DNA from: Marsupella aquatica
Taxonomy: Eukaryota; Plantae; Marchantiophyta
Direction: 5' to 3'
NCBI GenBank assembly: GCA_973895155.1
Contig: OZ316896.1
Coordinates: 11,420,730 to 11,484,729 of the forward strand
Length of the DNA: 64,000 bases
Shown: piece after piece, positions 35,202 to 46,989 of the stretch
Layout of the letters: every line of letters begins with the position of its first letter
Position numbering within the stretch: position 1 is the stretch's first letter
Program-made: the position numbers and the translations under genes
The notes under the pieces: model-generated
Seen by the model: the letters and a program-made list of their open reading frames with translations, nothing else
Database searches by the model: none
Told to the model about the DNA's origin: nothing

Positions 35202-37502
35202 ATGGGGTATGTGATTTTGGCTGGACTCCTGCTCCTCAGCGCCATCCACATTGCTGCTGCGGGTGCCAGTCAGGGTGCAAATTATCTCGTGGGAGTGGGG
35301 AGCCATGACATGACTGGTCCAGCTGCCGATGCCAATTTGATGGGCTATGCAAACCCTGAGCAAACGGCGGGAGGAATACACATGCGTCTCCGAGCTAGGT
35401 CCTTCATAGTGGCAGACCCTGTGCAGACAGAGAACCGTGTGCTATTTGTCAACCTTGATGCCTGCATGGGCGCTCAGAGTGTGACTCTGCATGTGCTGGA
35501 CAGGCTGAAGAGCAGGTATGGCTCGCTCTACACCGAGAAGAATGTTCTAATCAGTGGCACTCACACCCACGCAGGACCGGGAGGGTACTTGCAGTATGTA
35601 CTATATCTTGTCACATCACTGGGGTTTGTTCGCCAGTCCTTTGATGCTCTCGTGGATGGGATAGAACTAAGTATCAAGCAAGCACATGAGACTCTGAGGC
35701 CCGGGTCAATGTATGTAAACGCAGGGGAGCTTCTGGATGCAAGTATCAATCGTAGTCCAAGTGCGTACCTTAACAATCCAGCAGAGGAGAGAGCAAGGTA
35801 TAATTATGATGTGGATAAAACAATGACGTTGCTAAAGTTTGCTGATGAGGAGTGGGGTGAAGTGGGAGCTTTCAGCTGGTTTGCAGTGCATGGCACCTCC
35901 ATGAACCGCACTAACAGTCTGATCAGCGGAGATAACAAGGGGGCAGCAGCACGCTTTATGGAGGATTGGTTCAGCCGCAGGTCTAGTCAGTATTCGGTTC
36001 TTGATGAGACCAAACAGCTGGAGTATGTATCAGATGGGGCTCATCCTGGATTCGCGCCTGTTGATAAAAACACATTTGCAACTGCAGCCATGTTGAAAAG
36101 CTCTGGAGGGAAGCCCAGTACAAAAATGTCCAGTGTCATGCATCGTGTCAGGAGTGCCATGAAGGACTCTCTGAAGCCTCCGTTTGTGGCTGCCTTTTGT
36201 CAGAGCAATGTGGGGGACACGACACCCAACATCTTGGGAGCATTCTGTACAGACACCGGTTTGCCCTGTGATTTCAACACCAGTACCTGCAACGGGAAGA
36301 ATGAGCTCTGCATTGGCCGGGGCCCAGCTTATCCAGATGACCACTTTGCGAGCACTAAAATTATTGGGGAACGGCAATTTAAGAAGGCAGCCGAATTGTT
36401 TGAATCGCCATCATCCCAGCAAATCGTTGGAAACGTTCAGTTTCGCCAGACATTCATTGATTTCAGCAATGTGAAGGTCACTCTGCAGAACAATGAAGTT
36501 ATTACGACATGTCCTGCTGCTGTAGGTTTTGGCTTTGCTGCGGGAACTACAGACGGTCCTGGAGCTTTCAATTTCGTACAGGGAGATAACCAGGGAAATC
36601 TGTTTTGGAAGCTTGTTGGGGGAGCGTTGAAGGTACCTTCAGCTCATCAAATTGAATGCCAAAAGCCAAAACCTGTTTTAATTGACACCGGAGAGATGAC
36701 TTTTCCTTATGCCTGGGCGCCGTCTGTACTTTCCATTTCGATATTTCAAATTGGTCAAATTATCATCCTAGGAGTGCCCGCCGAGTTTACTACTATGTCT
36801 GGCCGACGTCTCCGGGAAGCTGTGAAGACTACACTTATCCAGAATGGTGATGGAGAGTTCGGGGAGGATCTTGAAGTTGTCATCGCCGGTCTCAGCAATG
36901 GATACTCTCAGTATGTTGCGACTTTGGAGGAATTCGAGGCTCAGCGATATGAGGGTGCATCCACTTTGTATGGACCACATACTTTGAATGCTTATATCCA
37001 AGAGTTCAAGAAGCTGGCGACAGCTTTGGCAAAGGGTGACGAAGTTTCGCCAGGACCTGCTCCTCCAGACATGGTGGATCAACAACTGGGATTCCTGCCA
37101 GGTGTGGTAGCAGATGCCACTCCTTTGGGTGTTACGTTTGGTGACTTGAAAGAGGATGTGCCTACGAATGCGTCATACCATGCTGGGGACACAGTGGAGG
37201 TGACATTTTATACAGGTTGCCCTCGGAATGATCTTCTTACTGAAGGAACTTATGCCCTAGTGGAACTTCTGGATAAAAGTGGAAAATGGATCTCAGTCTA
37301 CGACGATGATGACTGGTCTTTACAATTCATCTGGTATCGACCTTCTACTTTCAGTACACACAGTTGTGCCACAATCAGTTGGGAAATCCCAGAGACTGCG
37401 CTGGCTGGTACTTACCGAATACGTCACTTTGGAGCGTATAAACACTTGTTTGGATCTGTAAAGCATTTCACTGGGACAACCAGCGCTTTCGTAGTCTATT
37501 AG
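35202..37502 (+). CDS. NCER: Neutral/alkaline non-lysosomal ceramidase, single coding exon, 766 aa
   Basis: Signal peptide, YLVGVGSHDMTGPAAD, GTHTHAGPGGY, FAVHGTSM, SGDNKG, NVGDTTPNI (variant of the GDVSPN amidase motif), GFAAGTTDGPG, RYEGASTLYGP, GTYRIRHFG. ATG at 35202; the track starts at TTG 35181. Confidence 0.96.
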   Translation: MGYVILAGLLLLSAIHIAAAGASQGANYLVGVGSHDMTGPAADANLMGYANPEQTAGGIHMRLRARSFIVADPVQTENRVLFVNLDACMGAQSVTLHVLDRLKSRYGSLYTEKNVLISGTHTHAGPGGYLQYVLYLVTSLGFVRQSFDALVDGIELSIKQAHETLRPGSMYVNAGELLDASINRSPSAYLNNPAEERARYNYDVDKTMTLLKFADEEWGEVGAFSWFAVHGTSMNRTNSLISGDNKGAAARFMEDWFSRRSSQYSVLDETKQLEYVSDGAHPGFAPVDKNTFATAAMLKSSGGKPSTKMSSVMHRVRSAMKDSLKPPFVAAFCQSNVGDTTPNILGAFCTDTGLPCDFNTSTCNGKNELCIGRGPAYPDDHFASTKIIGERQFKKAAELFESPSSQQIVGNVQFRQTFIDFSNVKVTLQNNEVITTCPAAVGFGFAAGTTDGPGAFNFVQGDNQGNLFWKLVGGALKVPSAHQIECQKPKPVLIDTGEMTFPYAWAPSVLSISIFQIGQIIILGVPAEFTTMSGRRLREAVKTTLIQNGDGEFGEDLEVVIAGLSNGYSQYVATLEEFEAQRYEGASTLYGPHTLNAYIQEFKKLATALAKGDEVSPGPAPPDMVDQQLGFLPGVVADATPLGVTFGDLKEDVPTNASYHAGDTVEVTFYTGCPRNDLLTEGTYALVELLDKSGKWISVYDDDDWSLQFIWYRPSTFSTHSCATISWEIPETALAGTYRIRHFGAYKHLFGSVKHFTGTTSAFVVY

Positions 37503-39024
37503 GGTAGTAGCACAACTATAAATCGTTGTCGTAGAACAACTATAACTGGACTGTTTTACTGCCTGGTCAAAGAAGTGAAAAACGATCAGGCTTGTTATCA
37601 TATTAGAACTTGTAAGTACATAAATAGGAAACTGCTGTTTATACATAGAAACCTATTATGAAATGAGAAGAGGTCCATCTGAGGAAGGACACATTGAGGC
37701 AATTTGTTGGACAACTTTGTACTGTTTTAGCTTCAAAGAAAGAGGATTTACGTTGTGGACACAAGTGTTTCCTTTCTTTGATACTCTTTTTGGTTTATAC
37801 CTAGTAGGAACTAATGTTACTTCGTAAGTTCACTTGTAGAGTCGATGAAATGCACCTCAATCACTGACTCTGGCTTGTGCGGTCTCCCTGTAGCAGTCCT
37901 TACGACCCCGTTGATGATGGATTCATCCAGTGCTCTTTAATTGTTTTAGAGAGATCATTATATTGCTCAGCCTGATCACTCAGTAAATGGCCAGAAAAGC
38001 GCTTTGCAACTAGTATGAGCAGTTTTGAGCAGTTGGTTTCAACAATATTAGTTACAAGTGTAGACCTGGACTGAAGAAAAGATTCTCTAAACTTGCCTGT
38101 TTGTTGAACCCAGCCAACTTCTACAATACAGACCCTCTTAGCAGATTTTTCTCCGAATCAGAAAGCAAGCAACGGAGAACATGAAGTAAAAGCGATTATA
38201 GTAGATCTGCCAATACGACCAATTAGAAAATGTTCTTCCCAGTAACCCACACCCCATTGGCATTCAAGTATGTTTAACCCACTGTCTGGGACGTCAAATG
38301 GAATATGCCAGATGCAGTGGTATCCATTCTATTTTCAGGGACACGGACCACTTTCCTGTGAAAGACCTAAGATATGTCAGAACTATTGGGACAATGCACA
38401 TGAATCAAAACAAACCAGGCCATGGTAATTTAGTTTTCCCCAAGCTGGAGATGAAAGAAATGTTTGCAAGGCCAAGTAGGAACTCATCACATCAATACTC
38501 GAATCAAATGAAAGTAGAGTGGGAACCCCAAAAGCCACCTGACCAAAGTTCATACTAGTTTTGTGTTGACATGTAACTTTGCATCAGAGCAAGCGATTTG
38601 AATAATATATACAAGGCGTATGAGCTCATGACCGCCTGTCAAACGGGTTGGGCAATGCTACATCTTTTTGTATCCTAGATTGAATATATGCACAGAAATC
38701 AGTTATATTGCTCGTCTTATAGCAAAGTTCTCAGACGTTTATCAGAGCGTTGGACCAGTGAAGCCAATAAACAGTTTTGAGAGTGCTCTGTTCAGACGAT
38801 GGCAAGATTGAAGTCTGGTCAACTGCTCGTAAGGCCGCTAGGTATCAATATATTGTATTTGTTGATACTAGTCCAGAGACCACAAATGATAACAACTGAA
38901 CCCTTACCTCAAACTCGGTGTTTGGTCATTTACACGACGAAATTCTACAATTGACAAAGGTCCATAGTTGAATCTAATAAAGAATTGGTGCTATCAACTA
39001 AATACTTTCAGATAAAATTGAGCA

Positions 39025-40833
39025 CTACAAAATGTTTAGCTGCAAATCCTTGTACCCATGCTCTGCTTTGTGCTTTTCAAAAAGCTCCTCCATGGCAGTG
39101 ATGAACTTTCCAAGTACCTCAGCGACCTCGTCTCGAGACGGCGTTAAATTCTTCGTCACCTCAAGGGGCTTTCCCACCACTATGTTGACTGGCTGGCGGT
39201 ATGGCAAAAAGGTTCCGTACATGCCCCAGAAGAACATTGGGGTGAACCCCAGTCTCCGAGAGAGGCTATGGTACCACTTTCCCGTGGGCTTTCTGTAATG
39301 GTAAACCTCACTCTGGCCAAAGCAAAATACAGGGACCAATGGAGTACCTGCCTCCATGGCACACCGTACAAATCCGAATCTTTCCCTCAAGAAAATTGTC
39401 TCTTGCCCTGGCTTCATATGTAAACATTCCTGAACTCCGCCTGTGCAACAAACGAAACAGCAGCCATCAATGAAAGAATTGGTTACTGCCTTTTGTTTCG
39501 GTTAATGTAGACGGATTAAAGCATCTGCTAGCTTCCTAAAAGCACTTCGAAGGCATTTTTCCTTTTGCTTGAGCAACTGAAGGGAAACGCTAGATTCGGC
39601 CACCCCTTCATTTGTGGAATGGGGAATAGCGACGAATGATATCAACAGGTAAACGCCTTACAAGCTCAATTTTCTGGCCATGGCCTGGATCCTTGGAGAA
39701 ACTGAACCGTACTCTGCTGATATGTTCTACAATTTAGTGGAAACGTTGAAAGAGTTGGGGCGAGAAAGTTTGCAACGATGTGTTTAAACGCACTCTATTT
39801 GCATCCTGGTACGGTTGCTCAATCCAGTAATACAGCTCGTGATATCGGTTCCCTTTGTTTAAGACCCTTCACGAAATAAATTGAACATGTCCTAGATAGA
39901 AAGGCAAGCCCAGTCACAACAGCTCTATGATGAAGCAAGACACTGCGAACACTAAATGTCGACGAGCGTCATTCCATTTCCACATCTTGCAAAAGGTTCA
40001 GCGCTACATGGCTAAGTGGAGTCCTTTGCTTGCCCCTCTGTCCCACGTTCGCAGAACACCATAACTATGTGGACTCATATGTGAAACAATCAGGTAAGCG
40101 GGGGAAAACCAGCAAGAGAGAACATAGAAAGGTCAGTTTGATTCCACAAAGATTTGCCTTGGGCTTAGAAGACTTGTATGTCACAATGGCTCTTGCTCAA
40201 ATCAGAGCTCTAAATTCGAGTGAAGGCCAGAATTCAGCACAAAACTAACTCAAAATGGAAGTCCTCAGAGCAATCCTCACCTGGAACAACCACCACAGTG
40301 GTCCCATCGTTGAGCAGCTTGGAAAAAAGCTTTCTGTTAGCAGGAATCAAACCCATCCACGTCCACAAATGGCGCACGATTGGAGTCCACAAAAGTATAG
40401 TGCTCCCAGCAAATTTAATCTTCTTCCAGGGCAAGACACCACTGTGGGTCGTCATTGATACAAGCCCCACAGGTAGCACGGAATGCGGCTCCACGGCAAG
40501 AAGATAGGGGCGCTCCGAGTCCAACGCAGCTATGTCCTCCACATGCACTTTGATGGGAAAGTGCGAAGGGACGGTCTTCCAGACCCATTCGGACACGGTT
40601 TTGGCGAACTGGGTGTCGGCGAAAATTGGGATAAACATCTGAGACATCCACACCGAAACTGCAGTCAAGGCCCACAATCTGGGCAGAAGGAGAAAGCAGA
40701 GGAAAATTACTGTGCTGCCTATATGGAACCCTCCCATCCATATCGCCAACGCTGCAATCTCCCCCGTTTGCTTCCTTAAGCGGGTAATAAACTTGCTCTC
40801 TCCATACGCCTTGCCACTGTCCATGATTGCCAT
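39025..40833 (-). CDS. DGAT2: Diacylglycerol O-acyltransferase 2, two exons (40833-40281 and 39440-39025), about 322 aa
   Basis: Plant DGAT2 motifs HFP, EPHSVLP, PG|GVQE restored across an 840-bp GT-AG intron, RFGFVRCAMEAG, LVPVFCFGQ, VVGKP. Confidence 0.93.
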
Positions 40834-41013
40834 GGAGAACAATGTAATCGTCTCCACGCGGAGGACACCTTCAACTAGAACCCTGCAAAACGTCTCTCTA
40901 CACCAGGAGATTTCTCCAATCTGTCCCTTGTCCAAATTGAGAATCCGTGCACTGTCGACTGACTGATTCCTCCACTGGCACTTAGCTGGGTAATCCTGTC
41001 GTCCCCTCGGACG

Positions 41014-41170
41014 AAGGTAGATGCTCAAATGTGTGCAGATCTCCTTTCTGGAATTCGGTTAAATGGACAAATCCAAAGGTAGATGATCAAATGACTGCAG
41101 ATTTCCTTTCTGGAATTTTGGCCACTGGATGCATCAAAGGTTGATGATCAAATGACTGTAGAAGTCCTTT
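41014..41170. repeat. Degenerate tandem repeat of about 60 bp, about 2.5 copies
   Basis: aaggt(a/t)gatg(c/a)tcaaatg..tg(c/t)aga..tcctttct at about 41014, 41076 and 41137. Confidence 0.7.
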
Positions 41171-44100
41171 CTATCATCGGACAAATCAACAGGTACGTGA
41201 TTAAACGAGTGCACATCCGATTTCTGCTGCTCAGTGAGTACATCAAATCTGTAGATCCTATCGTTCCTCGTCTTTGTGTTCCCCTTCAAACTTAGTGGCT
41301 GACAGAATGGCAGCCACAATGTGGGGAACTGGAATTGTAGTCCAGCCCACTAGCTCATCATCTTTGACAGGTGACACAGCTACAAACATTCCAAAGCTAC
41401 CCAATTCACTCACGAAACGCGCACCCATCCGTCCAATCGTGTCCACAGCATTCTCCAACACATCATGCTGCCGACCGAAATTCTGGGCAAACCGAAATAA
41501 AACTTCGCCGGCAGCATTGTTACTGGACTACTAGAGAGCCGACCAACCCCATCACGATCGGAGGAAGGCCCACTGCTGAGACGAAAAGACGGTCGGAATC
41601 CGATGTCCAATAATGGTCCACGGATGGACGCCGTGGGAGCTGCCGGAGTCTCCGGGGCGGACAAAATCTCCATCATTCTGTTTCTGGCAGCACAATTCTC
41701 CGAGTTGCGTGGAAATCCAGGTGGGGGGCCTGTCAGCTTGTGAATGGCGTGGGTCCTGTCAGCTTGTGAATGGCGTGGGTCCAACGAGAGACGAGATTCT
41801 GTTTCTTGCTTTGTTTCTTTCGTTCTTAAAGAATGATGGTTCCAATACCAGAATCATTTCACGCCATTTCATTCTGCCTCTGCTCTGCTCTGCTCTGCTC
41901 TGGAAGCTTCAGTCCATTTGAAACGCCATTGGAAAGGCCGAAGGCTTCTGATCTGAGGCTTGAGGAGCTCCGCAAAGTCGAGGCCGAATCATTGAATGTT
42001 GCTCCATGGGCAGGGACAATTTCTCGGTCCATCCGAGCTTCATTTTCCAGGCTTTTAGCTTCTTCGTTTTGGTAAATTGTTCCTTTTTCTGCTGCATTAT
42101 TACCAAGGGCTAAAAGGGGGGCTTTACAAGACTGTGAGGGCAGTTCAGTGTTTCTCCATCTAAAGCCAAAAAGGGGGAGCCAATTGCCAATTCCATACAC
42201 TACATTTAAGATGCCTGAGCCAAAATGTGTCAAGTATGAAGACAATAAATGCAATACCCTAAATAGAAAATAGAAGCGATGGCTTGCTCCATTCTTTTAG
42301 ACCCCCTCAAGAGGAGATCTAAGTTTTTGACCATCACGAGGTAATGGAAGTCTAACTTTGCTCCTTAGGAGGTATTGAAAGTCTAACTTTGCTCCTAGAG
42401 ACTTTTTGTTAAAAAGAAGGTCTATGAGAGTTGCATGGTTCACAGGCTCTATCTGTGGGACCATCATTTTCTGGTTTTCTCCCAGGATTTTTTCCTTTTT
42501 AATAGACCTATTTCAGATGAGATGCTCAGATGGACCCTCTGGTGAACTGTGTGACCCAGATGGACCAGGTCACTTTTGACCAATAATTCAGCCCTTGTAG
42601 GTAGGTAGCCAATAATTTAGGAAACGTACAATCTTTGTGATCTAACCAAAGAGAATGAGTTTGTGTGGGCATGTTCTCTACGTAAGTAAAGTTCAATAAC
42701 ATCACAAAAATGCTTTGCCAAATGGTCACACTGAAGATGAAAGAGTGAAGGTATGTGACATGTCACAAAGCACATTTGAAATGTGAAAGCTAGAATAAAT
42801 TACATCCATGAGTCTCATCTGTAGAGTATTGCACGACAAAAAAAGCTTAGCCATTGGAATTGAACGGTCATGGAAATTGAAATTTGCATCTATGCCTTAA
42901 GTATAAGTGTAGCAGCGAGATTGTTCTCAACACACTAAAGCCCTGCACACTACCACATCAAAAAGCCTGGAACAAGCAATGTTCTCATGCAATCGCCTAG
43001 ACTTTACGCTGCTCAAAATCATTTGAGATGGCATAATGTCAAAGGACACTGGTGTACAGAAGATGCTTTCAGCATTTCTAGAAACTAAGAATGTCTGCGG
43101 AGTTCAGTGCAAGAGCTACCGTTAGCCAGTTTCCAAAGTGAAGGAGGCATAGACCCAAAAGAAAACAGTTGCTTCCTGTTCGAAGCCAAGCTTGGTTGTT
43201 TTCAGAAGTTTCATAAGCAAGCCAGCAGTCTTCCAACACAAGTAAGCCTTCCCATAAAGTTTGCATGTCGAGTAGGGAGAAGCTGTCTCTACATCAAATT
43301 CACTCCTATTTAACTCTTCTCAAATCTTACTTACAATATTAACTTTTCAATGACTCATCATTACAAAGCACTCAAAATTCTCTATTTTTCCTTTGAAAAG
43401 TGGTTTTATATAAAAGTCACACATTATGCCAAAACAGGCCTCTGCGACAGGGTGCCTCATTTCAAAGTGAGGGGAAATGAAAGACAGTTGCAACCATCAA
43501 TGGTTCCCGGGGAAAAATCTACAGCCTCAAGTAAAGCACTCAAATATTCAAAGTCATTCAATACGATCATATTTACTAGCTTCATACAATCTTCCATCAT
43601 TTGTGATATCATCCAGGAAGTAGATGTCAATACTTGATGAACTGTATGCAGTGCAAGTTGGATTCTCTACTTCTGTCCCCAGTGCGAGCCCCAGTGAGAC
43701 TGATTATAAGCTCTCTGATCTCCATCTGATCACCGAGCTCCATATTCTCAAATCTTTCTCCAAAGACCAAAATCTGTCGTGTAACACTCACAAGAACGCT
43801 TGGGAAACTGCAAGTTGTAGAGAACAGTCGGACTGGCTCCATCAGGATACTAAAGGTGGTAGTAGCAGTCAGTGAAGGCTTTCCTGGTGGGAGTTCCATG
43901 GTGATTGACTGAAACAAGAGATAAAGAGATCTATAAAGATCAAAGGTAACACTAACTAAGTGCCCAGCTTGTTAATTGGCTGTCATGTTGTGGCTGGAAT
44001 TGTAACTGCCCACCACGTTGGACAAACAGTAACCTCCTTGGATTGGAAATCAAATACCCTACCTAAAACCTGGTGCCTTGGGGGTTTCATTTTGACAAAA

Positions 44101-44528
44101 ATGGCATATCACGTGCAACGAAAGATAGGGTCATTTTATTCATTTGGCTTGAAGGGAAAACTTAAGAAATTTCTCAGAATAACAATAGGGTCTTTTAAAT
44201 CCAAATTTAAGACTTATACAAACATTAGGGTACTCTAACCAAATTTTTGGAATATTCCAAGAATACTCCAACTTCATAGGGGTTGAATTTTTTTTAATTC
44301 TTATATTTTAGGGGGTCCAAGGCCTAAAAATGTGGCAGGTGATGGGGAGGCATCCATATAGTGAGACCCCCAAGAGTGTAGCAAATCCGAGAGCAAATCC
44401 CTACTGGACTTTGCACCGTTGGAGCATCAAACCAACCAACATTGAGACAATCCTCTCCATCCAAGCCTACTCAAATTCTGGTGCCCTTCTCTGCCTATCA
44501 TCATCAGTCTTCTCAACATCTGCTAAAC

Positions 44529-45894
44529 TCATTTGGATCTTGTGACTCCAAAAATATATATCCGAAGTAGATCTAGTAAGTTGAAAGCAAGGTTGAAAAC
44601 CACACCAAATCTACTTCCAGAAGTTATAGGAGATACTGACTATTGAAGTATATTAGATTGCATGAACACCACATCTCCAGGTCTTACATCAAATTGATAC
44701 CCTATCTATAGAATTTGTCGTAATCCTCCTTTGAAATCTCCAAACACCAGATTTGCTACCCAGCCACTCACCCAGCCATCTATGGCATCTGTTGAATCCC
44801 TATGCGGGCCCACACTGAAATCAGTTAACATGGCCAACCCCATAAAACAATTCCTGGTTGCAATGTGCATGAAAGATGTCGCCCCCATGTCTACGCAAGA
44901 CTGGAAAAGCCTTTGGTACCTAGCATAGTTTGTTCCATCCATACACTCATAAAAAGCCCCAACAACTTGTGTAACTGGTGTAAATTTTCTGAAAAGCTTG
45001 CAAACAATGTTCAATTTCTCCCCTGACACAATCATATCACTGGATACCTCACCAGGTGCATGATTGTGATCTATTCTATGCCAGAACGCCAAGTGATGAA
45101 TTCCATGGCCTGCATCATGTTTACTCCCCTTGTGCGTCTTATTTGTTCCTTTTGGAGCCAGAGGAGGATAAACCTTTACAATCTCCTGAAGGGCATCCAA
45201 CCCTTTTATAGTAGGATCCCTCAGTGTAAAAGGCATCTTAGAGAGTTTTTTAAAAAAATTGAAAACTAAGGGGTTTCTGATCAGGATCCTTTACTATCAA
45301 ATCACCACCTTCCCATATAGGTAAACCATCAGAGGAAAGATCTCATTCTTTTGTTTCATAAGAGTTTCCACAGTGAAATTACAAGTCTTTACCTCAAATG
45401 TTTTAGCTAACAGCCCAGTAAACCTACTCCAAAAACTTTTATTTTGCTCCCATTCGCATCATTCTAATAACTTCTGTGGATACCTCTGTTAGGAATTGAC
45501 TCCAGTTCCCGACATAGTTAGCTTGGACTTACTAGGGTTAGTTAACCCTAGATTACATTAGGATAAGATCCACTTAGTTTAGGCCCACTCATCTTGGCCC
45601 CCTTGGGGGGTATAGGCTGGAGGGAGAGCACTCTCTCTCTCATTCTTCACATGTACTCTCATTTGCTATGGAGCCTTCAGGAGTTTCTCCACTCGGGGTG
45701 TCTCGTCGGTGTAGCGTCTGAATGAGTCTCTCTCATGTTTCCGCATTGCTGTCTAGTTCGGAGCCGACGGTTTCTTACAACCTCGAGCCTTCTCCATGTT
45801 CTCTTTTCATCCTTTTGCTTTTCTCTTATTTCCCTCTCCCTGACTGTCCTTTGAAAACCTCTTGTTCTTCTATTATTTCCTTGTCTCCTTCCAT
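44529..45894 (-). pseudogene. TET/JBP-family 2OG-Fe(II) dioxygenase, decayed and interrupted by a solo LTR
   Basis: Reading through stops gives GIHHLAFWH..CFMGLAMLTDFSVGPHRDSTDAIDGW..VFGDFKGGLRQIL*IGYQFDVRPGDVVFMQSNILQ*SVSPITSGSRFGVVF. HxD is at 44804, the distal His position is a TAG at 44640-42, and the 2OG-binding Arg is retained. The frame from ATG 45894 continues across the excised LTR. Confidence 0.8.
45487..45779. mobile_element. Solo LTR, 293 bp
   Basis: TGTTAGGAA...TTTCTTACA termini with a perfect 5-bp TSD ACCTC at 45482-45486 and 45780-45784. Confidence 0.9.
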
Positions 45895-46989
45895 TTTCTA
45901 GCGTATATATATATCAACAGCATTTAACACCCAACTGGTGCTGCAACTCGGTCAGCTCGTATGCTTCATACAGATTGAATTTTGATAATACCGATCCTGA
46001 TTCATGTATCACCAATTCTGTGATAGCGAGAGTAGTGTCAGAGCACTCAATGATTGGTTCTCAAGTGATTAGCTTGAAATTCAAACTGCACATATCGGTC
46101 TCAAATATAGAAAATGTCCCCAAAATTCACCATTTGGACCCTGGTTTGGCACTGGTTTGGCACCCTAAGAACACTTGACACTGAAAAGGTACAAAAAACT
46201 ATGACATTTGCAGAAAAAATTGTGTTCTTATCTTGCTCTAAGCTTAATGTGTGCTCTCAATCGTTCAGTAAGTCGATCATGATCTTCAAGGATTTTCAAA
46301 TACAACCACAAAATCGCACAGAAATGTGAAGATGAAAGTCAGCATTATTCCCATTGACATAGTTATTTGCAAACCAACTGCAAACCCCGAGTGCTCACTT
46401 CATGTGTGACTCGGGCTGAGGCAACGTCAAACGCGAGGTATTGGAGCCCTCTCCGAGTACATTAGTCTGGATTCGAAGAAACGTGCATTGGGGATTTGTG
46501 AGTTGGGACTGGCAAGTGCAGAGGGTTTACGGTTTCCACTTGCTGCATCCTGCTACAGCAACAGTTGACTCTTAGAATCACCGGTCAGTCCCCTGCTAGC
46601 CCCTTCACCTCTGCCCACAGGTTCAAGAAGTGCTACGGAGTGTAACCCATCCCAAAGCAGGGGTAGTGAGGGGTAGTGGGATGCAGTCCTGGAGGGTGGT
46701 GAGCTGGAGAGTGTTTATAGCCCCTTATCCCCAAGTGGGAACCTATCCCAAAGAGAGGGTAATGGATGTAATCGCAGAGGGTGATGAGGGCTGTGAGTCG
46801 GAGGAGGGTTATAGCCCATTATCCCCAAGCGGGGATGAGCAACCGAATTAAAACTCAAGTCCATTTTGAACCATTCATTTCATTTTGACATTGCAAGAGT
46901 TTCATCTGTCACTGTTTGCCACCTGCCCTTTATTGTATCTTTCATTGAAATTTGTCTGCCACTTGCACTTTACTATATTTCTCGCCAAA

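Larger units (their letters stand above)
44077..46391. mobile_element. Putative non-autonomous DNA transposon carrying the TET/JBP-like gene
   Basis: The left end CTTGGGGGTTT coincides with the end of homology to the 23.4-kb repeat. The right end AAACCCCGAG is its imperfect inverse. Both ends are flanked by TGC (44074-76 and 46392-94). Confidence 0.35.

Noticed and set aside
44640-44708. In-frame stops as candidates for U-to-C RNA editing or readthrough
   Set aside because: Such editing is organellar. The locus also has a frameshift and an LTR insertion, so ordinary decay explains the stops.
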